Positions 52,640 to 63,053 of a stretch of DNA of 64,000 nt are shown here, one piece after another. Source of the DNA: Lepidodermella squamata. Its lineage: Eukaryota; Animalia; Gastrotricha. The stretch is from the NCBI GenBank assembly GCA_047495785.1, contig JBLDXI010000045.1, forward strand, positions 806,001-870,000, given 5' to 3'. Made by a program: the position numbers and the translations under genes. Below the pieces are notes generated by a model. It searched no databases, had not been told where the DNA came from, and worked only from the letters and a program-made list of their open reading frames with translations. Each line of letters starts with the position of its first letter. The stretch's first letter is position 1.

Positions 52640-53086
52640 CCGTAAACTACAGTATAAAGGCCGCATCCTGAATAAAGGCCGCACTCGAATAATCCCCGCA
52701 AAACACCCCATTTTCAACAATTTGGCAATAATAAAGGCCGCGCGCGAATAATCGCCGCACTTAATAGCGATTAGCAGTCACCCTCAATGAGACACCTGGG
52801 GTGACTCCGAGTAGACGGTAGTAGTGCGATTATCCTCACTTCTTAGCGAATAAGTAAACTCATCGCGCTAGCTGCAGATCTTGATTACAGTAAAATCCGC
52901 CCTCTGGCGCACCTGTTACACCCGTTAGTAGTGAATAAACTGCTAGTTCAGCGTGACGGCTGAAAATTCAAGAAAATAAAGGCCGCACTCGAATAATCGC
53001 CGCACCTGAATAATCGCCGCATTTTTCACCCCTTTATGAAAAATCAGGAAAATTAATCCCCGCGGCCTCTATACTGTAGTTTACGG
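52640..53086. mobile_element. pogo/Tigger-like MITE (447 bp, TA TSD)
   Basis: TA|CCGTAAACTACAGTATAAAGGCCGC ... GCGGCCTCTATACTGTAGTTTACGG|TA; multiple AATAAAGGCCGCA / AATAATCGCCGCA subterminal repeats. Confidence 0.9.
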
Positions 53087-53121
53087 TATGTATTTAGAAC
53101 ACGTCCTTTATTTTCTATAGT

Positions 53122-54084
53122 TTAATTGCGCAAAGCAACACCGCACATGAACGCATATATAAGATGACCTAGCAATCGCCCAGTTCTGTATTCCTCAATG
53201 ACCGGGTTGTATTCCGAGAAATCGATCAGCTTGGTGTTGTTCCACTTCCCAGCTGTAAATGCGATATCCATAGCTTCCTCTGCCGTCAACCCAACAACAC
53301 CAGGACAGCTAACGCCCGGGCAGTAGCTCGATGCAATACTGTCAATGTCGAAAGACACGAAAACGCTGCGTTGCTCGAATGATCGCAGCAAACGTTTGAA
53401 GGCCCATTCGATTCCGCCATCGGTTTTACGAGATTCCCTCAGCCACTTCACGTCGCCATTTTTCGATTTAATATAGCGAACATGTTCATCGGAACATGAT
53501 TCACCTTGGCATGCAAATGCTGCATATTTGAGACCGGGGAATTCCTCTATAAGCTCGCGAAACGGGCTGCCGCAGTGAGCGAGAAGTTGAACCTGGCCGT
53601 TGCTGTCGACTTTTTCGATCAATGGACGCACGTCAAGGTGCGCATCGATGTTGACTACGGCAGCATTATCGCCTCCTCCGACTTGCTTAACAAACGCTCG
53701 CCCATTCGGTGCGCTCTGGTCGTTCCCGCCGCCTATGATAATAGGAATATCGCCTTGTCTAAGAACCTCAGCGACGTGGTCCTCCAATTCTTTAGCAGCT
53801 TCCTCGAGCGACTTGGCGGCGTCGTTTCGGACGAAGTGGCCGATTTTTAGGGTTGCGTTTCTTAAATCTGCTCCGTTTTCAGGGTTTAACAGAGTTCCGA
53901 AGGCCGGAAGTCGCTTGAGTAGAGCAGCTGGTCCCTTTGCAGCACCGACGCGACCGAAATTTCTCGCGATTCCTTCATCTTGCTCCCAGCCGAGTAAGAC
54001 GAAGCGAGGTGAACATCCAGCATCAGATTTATTGATCATGTCTCCAATGCGAGGATCGCCTGGTCTGCTCACGTAGCTTTCCAT
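53122..54084 (-). CDS. hutG: Formimidoylglutamase (ureohydrolase/arginase family), intronless, 320 aa
   Basis: DEG..RN.GR.GA..GP (HutG-type N-terminal motif), GGGNDQS, NIDAHLDVR, HCGSPFR, SFDIDS..PGVS.P, SEYNP; AATAAA just after the stop. Confidence 0.88.
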   Translation of the reverse strand: MESYVSRPGDPRIGDMINKSDAGCSPRFVLLGWEQDEGIARNFGRVGAAKGPAALLKRLPAFGTLLNPENGADLRNATLKIGHFVRNDAAKSLEEAAKELEDHVAEVLRQGDIPIIIGGGNDQSAPNGRAFVKQVGGGDNAAVVNIDAHLDVRPLIEKVDSNGQVQLLAHCGSPFRELIEEFPGLKYAAFACQGESCSDEHVRYIKSKNGDVKWLRESRKTDGGIEWAFKRLLRSFEQRSVFVSFDIDSIASSYCPGVSCPGVVGLTAEEAMDIAFTAGKWNNTKLIDFSEYNPVIEEYRTGRLLGHLIYAFMCGVALRN

Positions 54085-54737
54085 ACTACTATTATAATTG
54101 TAAAATTCCTATAAGATATTATGTTGTGTTTCAGCTCATGATACACGAACCTTTTGGTAATGGAATCCGTTATCGTGGCGGAAACTAGCGCTGATAGCTG
54201 TTTTATCTTTCGATGGGTCAAAAGTGATATGGTCCCACTCTACTTGAAAGATAATGATCGAGTGGCGAAAAATCTACCTTGAGCCTGAGTTCCTGAGCAA
54301 AAAATCGTCCTTTGTTCGAAAGCAATCGCTGAAACAGTCGCGCCGTTAAATTTCCAGAAGAGCCAACCATTGAGGCTAACTTGGAAGACAATAAAATGAG
54401 AGCACAATAGGGTATAAAACGAGCTATTTTCATGTGCTCGTAAATCATCCGCCCTCAAGTTGGAATTTGAATGCGTGAAATAAATTAGCATTCAAACGGA
54501 TCGTGCTGTTACGCCACCATCAGACTCGTAATTCCAGCTGTGCATTCTAAATTTTCCGCTTTGTTTCAATTGCGTATTTCATGCACCAAGGTTTGTTTAC
54601 ATTGAACTAAAAAAACGCGACCCCTTCAATTAATTATTTTTTATTTTTATTCGCTTAGCGCAATGATAAATGAAACTTTGAAACCTAATTTTTGAAAAAT
54701 ATTCATCGGTGAGAGATGACTGTCACGGGGATCAAAA

Positions 54738-56524
54738 TCACTTTTTGGGGCAAAATACGTCATTAAGATAGTCGATGATTTCGTGGTAACCCTGCCGGCT
54801 GACCTTGGACCGAATTGCCCCGCAGTTGATAGACTCGCAGTGTTGCGCACGCTCCAATTGACTGTGATCTACCCGAGTACAGCCTGCGGCTCGCATTCTC
54901 TCGACCAGCCGCCGATTTTCATCGGCCAACACATCATGCGAGCATGACTGAACAAAAGTACGAGGCATTTGAGCCAGATGCTCATCCGAGGCGAGTAGAG
55001 GCCATGCTCGAATGCATGAGGCTAGTTCCAATATCGCAACAGGGATCTTCGGCACATCTTCCATAATCTTCCGCTTTTTCAACTTTTTCTCGTGTTGCTT
55101 CGATATAATTTCTTCGGTTTCCTGTTCGAAACCGGAATCCATCGATTTCTCCTCATTGCATTCGGCAGAACCAGGAGCAACGAGGTTGATAAGATACCGA
55201 TGTTCGTTCAGCACGTGTTGGTCGTGGTAAATTGCCCTGATTGTTTTCCGACTTGGCCTAACACCGGCGTAAACTGACATGAACCAGCCGAGGTTGGCTC
55301 TGCCGTACTTTCGCGTGTACTTGCGTGAACTTTCGAGACTCATGGTAATCGCTTGACTAACAGGGCAGATGAGCACGCATGCATGCAGTCGATTTTCGCC
55401 GCTTCTAATCAACTCTAAAGCAGTTGCGCAGGCTAAATTACCCCCGGCGCTGTCGCCTGCTATGACAATCTTTTCCGTATCAATCTCAGCCGGTAAACTA
55501 GAATCTGCGAAGTGAGATGAGTTAATTTCAGCGTTGAGAATCGCCCGAGTCACGGCTATGCAGTCATCCAGGGCACATGGGTAGGGAAATTCCGGGGCTA
55601 ATCGATAATCGATTGATACTACAATAGCACTGGTGTCGCGACACAGCCTTGTAGTAAGAGAATGATACGATCTCGCCGAACCCATCATCCAGCCTGAAAT
55701 CGAGAAATTTCATATTTTTTAGGATGGAATATAAATTTTCGAAATCTCCCATATGACCTCAATATTTCCAAAAATATGTTCTCGCTGCCGCTTGAATTCA
55801 AGCTTTTTTGTTCACGTGAATACAACATGAACGAGTAACACCTGCGCACGTGGGTAAACAATAGCCGCGTGATTTTTTCATGTTTTTGGTCCTAAACTGT
55901 TTTATGTGGGCAAAATGGTGTGGAATTCACTGAGCCCGAGCGTGCGTGGCGTACTTGCTCGATTAAAAATACGTGAGCATCCTTCGGCCATGGGGCTAAA
56001 ATTCTTTGTCTAATTTCATAACAAAAATTCGAGTTCTCCAAAATACACGCAAAAGACCACAAATTGCGCTCACCTCCTCCGTGAATATAAATCAGACAGG
56101 GCAATTTAGTAAGGAAGACGCAGCTTTGCTCATCGACTGCTTTCACTGGCCGATAAATGCGGACTTTGACCCCGGCGATATTCGACTTGGAATGGTGAAC
56201 ATGAGGATGCTGAAGCCGTTTCGATCCACTGAAGGCCCTCATAAAACGCCGCATGACGCTGTAGTAGGCGCCTTTGAAGCCGAAACGCGATAGCATTTCG
56301 CCGAGACCGAGCGCCCCACTGGCCGAGCCCAACAAGAGCCGACGTCGCCACCGATTCTCAAGGTAAGCTTTCCTGACTTTAGCATCCTCCTCGTCTTCCA
56401 GGAATTCCGGTCCTTCGGCGATTATTTCGTCCGCGCCCATTGCTATTGTCAACCGGCGGCTGTTTTTTCTGCCAACAATTGACTCACTGTCGATGAATTT
56501 CAGCTCTTCATCGCTAGCTGCCAT
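54738..56524 (-). CDS. HSL-family alpha/beta hydrolase (AADAC/NCEH1-like esterase), 2 exons (56524-56074, 55693-54738)
   Basis: HGG|GW oxyanion motif split by the intron; SIDYRLAPE; GDSAGGNL nucleophile elbow; catalytic Asp (HDVL) and His (AQHC). Confidence 0.92.
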
Positions 56525-57400
56525 TATTTTACCGCCGATACCTCGATTTGTCAATTAGTTGAATTAGTTTTAAAAACAAATTGCTAGCGAGTGTGAAATA
56601 AACAATAAAAAAGTTGCCGGCAAACCGCGTGTGTACTCAAGAAGTACTTTTTTAGCTGTTGGGTGCGTGTGACCCCGCGATTTCAAATGATGAATCTTAG
56701 ATAATATATAGCTACTTTTTTCGACAGCGAATAATAAGGAATATTACGGCGCAGTATAGTCGACAACAGGTAACGGGGCACACACGTGCTGCTTGTTAAC
56801 CCCGTCTTTTCGCGGACTTTGGACCCGCATGAGCCTTTTGTCGTTCTCGGTAATGAGATACACGCCGTGGCGCCCTCAGTCAAGAGTGGGCTCGCGCTTA
56901 ACACTCATTATCCTTATACTTCACGAATGAAAAAAATGAAAAATACCGGCAATATACACAAACAAGCGCAGCGTATTTCTGGCGGGGAATTTTAGAGTAA
57001 GTAATACGGCGGCAAAACAAACAAATAGCTGAACACTCTTTCATTTGATCCTCTCCAAGTTGAGAGCATTACAATTATAGTTGTCATTAGGAAATTTCTG
57101 GCGAAATTGACCAACAAAACCGCGTTAATCTGATCTTGGCACTTGTGAGCTTTCGTGGTGGAAATAAAAGTTGACAAGTCATCATTTATCTCTCAGGGTT
57201 CAAAGTCCAATTTCAGGTAACATGACTGCTGTATTCAGCTATTCACCCTGAAACTCGGGACAACGTCATAAAACAAAAATGACAAAACTCACAGCGACTT
57301 TATTTTTTTTTCATCAACTCAACATCAAAGTTTTACAGTGAAAACAATAAGTATTATTTATAAAAATAATTACAAAATTACTATACATTTTGATAATTAG

Positions 57401-58328
57401 TTAGGCGCTAAAATTCGAAAAATAAGTTGCAGCTAATAGCGATGCCAAAGATAGCAAAGGCAGCGAAGCGAGGCTGATGGCGCCGGAGAAGGCTTTGCAC
57501 GTCAGGCCACGATTGCAGTTATCTGAGCAACACGTGCACATTTGAACGCTAGAAAATGCACCGGCATTTGTGTCGTAGGCGATGCTAGACTCGAAGCAGG
57601 CATTAACCTGCGGGTAATACGTTCCGGGCAGGGTAGCTGGCGGCTGGACGTAGCCGGGTGCTCGCCACGCAGTCCACGGTACAGGCTGAACCCAAGCAGC
57701 CCACGGTGCTGGTTGAACCCAGGCAGACCACGGCGCCGGCTGAACCCATGGCGCCCAAGGTGCGGGCTGCGTCCATGGGGCCCAGATCGCGGGCTGTACT
57801 GCCCAAGGCTGCGTCCAAGGCGCCCATGGTACGGCACCCCAAGCAACGGGAACTGGCGACCAGCCAACAGGTGGTTGGCCCCAACTTGACCAGGCAGCGA
57901 CGGACCAGGCTGCAGACCACGCCCCGGACCAAGTTGTCCACGAAGGCCGCGATCCGGGCGCCTGTTTAGGGCGGTACAGGTCAGTTGCTGCGGGGATCAT
58001 GCCATTCAAATTGAACTGAGCTGAACTACCGCACACCCAGATCCAGATGGCGCCTCGATTGCCGTAATATTTTCCGCGCTAAAATATGTCCAGAAATAGG
58101 CCAAGAAATTTTAAGGAAGTTTCAAATTACCGCGCAGACATCACAACCGGTCTGCTGCCGACCATTTGATGGGTAATCGGAATCGGCATCCGTAGAGCCG
58201 ACGTAACAAGTCAAGGCTGAAATAAAAGAGCAATTGAAATTCGGATGACCAGTTTTATTTGTGAATTTACCAGCAGCTCTGTTTGCGAAGATGGCGATTA
58301 GGAGGAAGGATAATTTTCCGGGCGACAT
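57401..58328 (-). CDS. GPI-type Ly6/uPAR (three-finger)-like protein with a large Trp/Pro-rich insertion, 3 exons
   Basis: Signal peptide; LTCY...CDVC...C at the N-terminus; C...CTCCSDNCN at the end; small-residue omega region plus hydrophobic tail; 27-nt (9-aa) tandem repeats internally. Confidence 0.8.
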
Positions 58329-59819
58329 TTCACTTGACAAATCACAGGGAGGCGGCAGGTGGCGACGGCTTAAATTTTGAGCTGTTTCGATAGCTATTCA
58401 ATTACTATACTGCCTGTGGCGTGTAATGACTTAGAACCGGCTCGAGTTCGCAAGTTGCGTGACGCAGAAATCACTCAGTATGAGCGCGCTCCTTAGGCAA
58501 GCAGCCCAGGTATAACGACGGTGTCCCAGGAGCCGGAAGCGCTGGGCATGCTCACTTCCGGCGTTGCTAAGCGTTGCTGTAAATAAACAAAAGTCGGCGC
58601 TTTGTGTTAGCCAACTGCGTGCTTAGCAATTCGTAAACTTGGCTGACTTCACTTGCCGACGGATGCTAAAACACAGAGGCTACTATTCAGAACGCTGCGG
58701 TCGCGGGAATATTTTCAAATCTATACCGTAAATAAAAAATGTTTACCGGGCCGGCAATCGAACCCGTGATAAAATAGTGCAATCTACGCAGTAGTGTCAC
58801 CATGGTGATTTTTTCCTTATATCAAAATTCTCACTGCTATATTATTTTGCAATAAAAAAGTAGAGAGTTAAAAAGGAACGCAATCCCATGCATCCATTGA
58901 GTGTATACTAGAAAATTTATGCAGCCTAAAAGCTTGAAAACGGAAAATTCTTAGCAATTGGCTTCAAGTTTAGCGGTGTCTTGGAACAAAATTTCAAGCT
59001 GGATATACTGTCAATAAAATAACAGAATCTTTTTGTGGAACCGAATTTCGAACGTTGGCACCAAACGCAAAATATTTTTTTGGTATTGTTTAATCAATCG
59101 TGCGATTCCTGGAAATTTAGAAAACGCAGTTTAAGGTGATTTTGGTTCCGAAACAGGCAATATTTGCAAGTAAGACCCATAAAAAAATTTCGCACGATTT
59201 TGGACAATATTTGGACTTCAAGAATAATGGGTCTTCCTGTTACCGTAACCAAATTAACGGTGAGCCGAACCTACTTTGCCGTAGCGGAACCAAATATGCT
59301 TATAGCGTAACCAAATTTGGAAATTCTCTAGTGCCCTGAAATCACTTTTCGGATTTTTTTGCGGGTCAACATTGACCACAATAATTTGACGAAAATCACC
59401 AGTATATTCAGCGTAAAACATTCTCTACAAGACAGAGTGTTCAATTCAGAAGTCATGCTTCACCTATAATTCAAATATAATTATTCAAAAAATGACTCTC
59501 GGCATATTTCGGCTTTGGTTCCGCTAAAAGATATTCTGAAGAATAATTGCTCGAATTTGAAAGCTGAGTTTGCTACCTTCAAACAGAATCCTCCTTTTTT
59601 TGATGATTATTACGTGTATTTTTTGTTCATTATTCTGTGTCAAAACCTGCTTGAATCGAGCTTGGTTCGACTCAATTTTCCCATTAAAAAACGGTCACGG
59701 AATCGTTGTCAAAAATGAAAAGAAACACAGATATTCGATGTAAATATACATTTTTATTCGATTTTTTTACATATTCGAAATTAATTTTTGCACAAAAAAT
59801 GATGAATATTTGCAATTGT

Positions 59820-62087
59820 TTACTTTTTCAGTGATTTCAGCTGTTCGCGAAGTTGCGGGACCACTATAGGGCGCCAGTCTCGTTGTCTCGCGATAAATCG
59901 TCGAAAATGAGGCGATTGTTGCACCAAAGTCGCAGAGAGGATAGCTCCAGTCATCGAAGCGATTTTCATCAATAGCCCATAATCCTTGAAAGTCGATTGA
60001 TGGACTTTGCTAACTTTTCCCAAAGCGGACGTCACGCCCATAACCTCGCTAAAAAGCTCTTCAATTTCATTATTCCCCATTTTAGCTTGAATGAAAACTT
60101 CAGTGATAGGAACCATCGCAGGATCGCCAGAAATGATCGAATTTAAGCCCAGCATGAGGTTCATCAATTCATATGGTTCCGGCTCCTCGAAAGACATCAA
60201 ACGCCGTGCGATGAAAGCAGCAAATTGCTTCAGAGGCCCCGCAAATTCCTGCGACCAACGGGCTCGAACGTCCTTATCAGCAATTCGCACGAGGGTGGCG
60301 AAACAAAACACGCTACTTTTTTCCTTATTGAAGGCAAATCGCACCATATCGCGAGCAACTGCAGTGTCCTGGAAAATCAGCCGAGCGAATTCGCCATTTC
60401 TCGACGACAAAATCATGCTGGCGACAAAATCAGCGACTCGAGCCGTGAAGCCAAGTTGCAGGAGGTAGTGATGGCCGGCATGCTCAGACGCGTATTTCTC
60501 CATGATTTCAGTCGCCCTGGGTAGAAATTTCACCATTCTCGTCGAAAACTCATCACAGTCCGCCAGATTTTTCAGCAACGCCAGATTCGGCCGAGCTAAG
60601 GCAATCGTCACGACAGTATGTTTCATACTCTGAGAGATATCCGCCTTTCCGTCTTTCATCAATCTCTCGCCAAACGGCACCGTAAATTCAAGCCTGACCG
60701 AGTTGCAAACGTGAAAGGATAGATGATTATTGATTAAATAATCCATAGGTAGAAACAAGTTGCAGAACTCATACGGAAGGTGAGTTAAAACTCCGAATAA
60801 GTTCAACATCAACCAGTTGAACGTGGTTGGAGATTCATTAAAGCCTGGGTAACTGTTACCCGGGTCTTGAACCAGGGTTTTATTGGCCCAGTCGCCAAAT
60901 GACAGCAGATAGGCAAGCATTATTAAATCCAGTGATTTTCCACGTTGTACCAAGGGTGAATTTTCTATGCACCGCAGGAAAACTTGGTTGTCGCGAAGTT
61001 TTTGCAGGACATCTGAAAAGTGGTACTGCCACTCGGAGGTTCCGACCTTTTGAACGCAAGTGCGAAGATCGCCGAACTTCCGGCCGGAGAACACGAACAG
61101 AATTATCGCAGACGCGTACCAGCTCAAATCGTCGAACGGTTTGACTAGAACAGCCCGGGCCGGGTCGGCCGTGATTTGGCTGAAATACGGCAGGGCTAAA
61201 ATGCCCCAGCCGATGAAAGCATTTTCAATATAGCCAGGTTTAGACGAAGCGAGTCGAATTAAAGCTTGGCGACTGACGCAACTGTAACCGAATGATTTTA
61301 GGAAATTTCTGTACCAAGGCTGGTTGATGACAGACTTGCATACCGGACCGTTTTGAACCCCATCGGCGATATAAATCCAGTTGGCAAGCATTTCGGAGAA
61401 CCAATAGAAAAATCTAAGTTCTGAACTCGTTGAAGTCGCAGGGTTCAGGCGTTCGAAAAACCAGAGAAGAGCTTTATTTTCGTTCAATTTGCTCAAAAGA
61501 TGAGACTTCCGTCGAAAAGCTTCTTTATACTCTTTGGTTGTGTCGACAACGTAACGCCGCATGTGGACAACGGTGTATAGGTTGAAATCCCAGCTTTTCG
61601 AATCGTCAATTGCTACAAAAATTTCGAGGCATTTCTCTAAATCTTGAACTCCGAACTGCCCTACGCCAAGTTTTGAATAGCCAGCCCTGAAATACGGCAC
61701 CAGCTCTTCGCCCTCGCCTTCGTTGCTGATCGCGTGAGTCGCTAGGGCTATTGCGGTTAGTTCTTCGTACCGTTTCAACTCGAACAACATAGCACAGGCT
61801 TCCATGGCGAGTTCAACCGTGTAGTCGCCGTGCATTTCAGCTGCTTCGTTGTAGCACTCGAGAGCGTCTTCGAAGCGACGCGAATTTTTAGCGAATCGGC
61901 CGCGTCTCATAAGTTCGAGGATTTCGCGGTCACGCTGTTTCGCCGCTGCCGGGCCACCGCCGGCTTTTTCTCGGGTCACCCTGCAGAACTCGGCGACTTT
62001 GTAGCGGTCTTTCAGGTCGAGGAAGTGCTGGTAGACATCGACTGACCCCGGCTTGGCATCATCGCCGAATATCAGTTCAAAAGCCAT
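59820..62087 (-). CDS. Uncharacterised intronless 755-aa helical protein with N-terminal TPR-like repeats
   Basis: Long uninterrupted ORF; GRFAKNSRRFEDALECYNEAAE is TPR-like; conserved with the adjacent paralogue. Confidence 0.8.
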   Translation of the reverse strand: MAFELIFGDDAKPGSVDVYQHFLDLKDRYKVAEFCRVTREKAGGGPAAAKQRDREILELMRRGRFAKNSRRFEDALECYNEAAEMHGDYTVELAMEACAMLFELKRYEELTAIALATHAISNEGEGEELVPYFRAGYSKLGVGQFGVQDLEKCLEIFVAIDDSKSWDFNLYTVVHMRRYVVDTTKEYKEAFRRKSHLLSKLNENKALLWFFERLNPATSTSSELRFFYWFSEMLANWIYIADGVQNGPVCKSVINQPWYRNFLKSFGYSCVSRQALIRLASSKPGYIENAFIGWGILALPYFSQITADPARAVLVKPFDDLSWYASAIILFVFSGRKFGDLRTCVQKVGTSEWQYHFSDVLQKLRDNQVFLRCIENSPLVQRGKSLDLIMLAYLLSFGDWANKTLVQDPGNSYPGFNESPTTFNWLMLNLFGVLTHLPYEFCNLFLPMDYLINNHLSFHVCNSVRLEFTVPFGERLMKDGKADISQSMKHTVVTIALARPNLALLKNLADCDEFSTRMVKFLPRATEIMEKYASEHAGHHYLLQLGFTARVADFVASMILSSRNGEFARLIFQDTAVARDMVRFAFNKEKSSVFCFATLVRIADKDVRARWSQEFAGPLKQFAAFIARRLMSFEEPEPYELMNLMLGLNSIISGDPAMVPITEVFIQAKMGNNEIEELFSEVMGVTSALGKVSKVHQSTFKDYGLLMKIASMTGAILSATLVQQSPHFRRFIARQRDWRPIVVPQLREQLKSLKK

Positions 62088-63053
62088 GGAATAAAACTTC
62101 TAAATATGATGGCAAAATTATTTGTCGAACTAATGAAACATGTCACATCCAACTATTTCAATTTAATCAAATCAAAATCACATAAAATCCTGGAATTTTG
62201 CAAACTTGGGCTCACTTATATGAGAAAATGAAGAACTCTCACGGGGACCAAACAATCGAGGCTAAATTTTGGCAGGAAAAGGCATTAGAAATGGATCTTA
62301 CTTTTAGCGGAAAAATGTCTAGAATTTCAAATAGGCCTAAATCACTCTTCGAACTTTCAAGGATTGACTATCATAATTCAAAAAGTGGAAAGTTTCAAAA
62401 AATCTACTAAAAATCTGAAATTAAAAAAAGGTTTCTTGAAATTCCTACATGCGCATGGTAAAATTTTGCCATTAGGAAATTGAATTTCTCTATGGCTGAA
62501 TTAAATTTTTTAAGGCGGACTTTTTTCAATATTTTTACTTTATTTCCACAGAGGTATGAGCATTTAACACCCCAAAAAAGGCTCCAACGCAGCCAAAACA
62601 AATCGAGGGGTTCCAGAGAGGGTTCCTCTAGCCATAGAATATTCCCTTATTCTCCCAATTTTAGCAGCCATAGGTCATACAGCAGTAGCTGCAAAAATGT
62701 GAAAAAGAGGAAAAAGTCGCAACGGGGGAAAGTTTTTCTCCGAAATGAAATGAAAAATCCAAAGTTATGAGTTTATACGTGCTTTTGATAAAGACTAGCT
62801 AAAGGTACCATGTTTCAAATTTTTTCCGACAAAAGAAGCTTTGACCTGACCAGATTTTATTGCTATCGATTGCAACATCGCAACACAGAATGTGAGTAAT
62901 AAGGAAACAAATCATCACGTGCGTCTCAGCCATTAATAATGGACCATCAAAGCATCGCAATAGAAAAAGCCCATCACTTCGGTGCAAATGTTGACCCGGT
63001 ACAGAAACATAATGCAAAATGGTGAATTATACGAGTATGGTATGTAACAGTTT

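Noticed and set aside
58735-58800. tRNA-like fragment on the minus strand (GGGTTCGATTGCCGG followed by a T-run)
   Set aside because: Has a B-box-like motif but no convincing cloverleaf or acceptor stem; at most a SINE or pseudo-tRNA remnant.
59130-59340. Possible hAT-like terminus (CAGGGCAC on the minus strand) with short internal repeats
   Set aside because: No matching second TIR or TSD found in the window.
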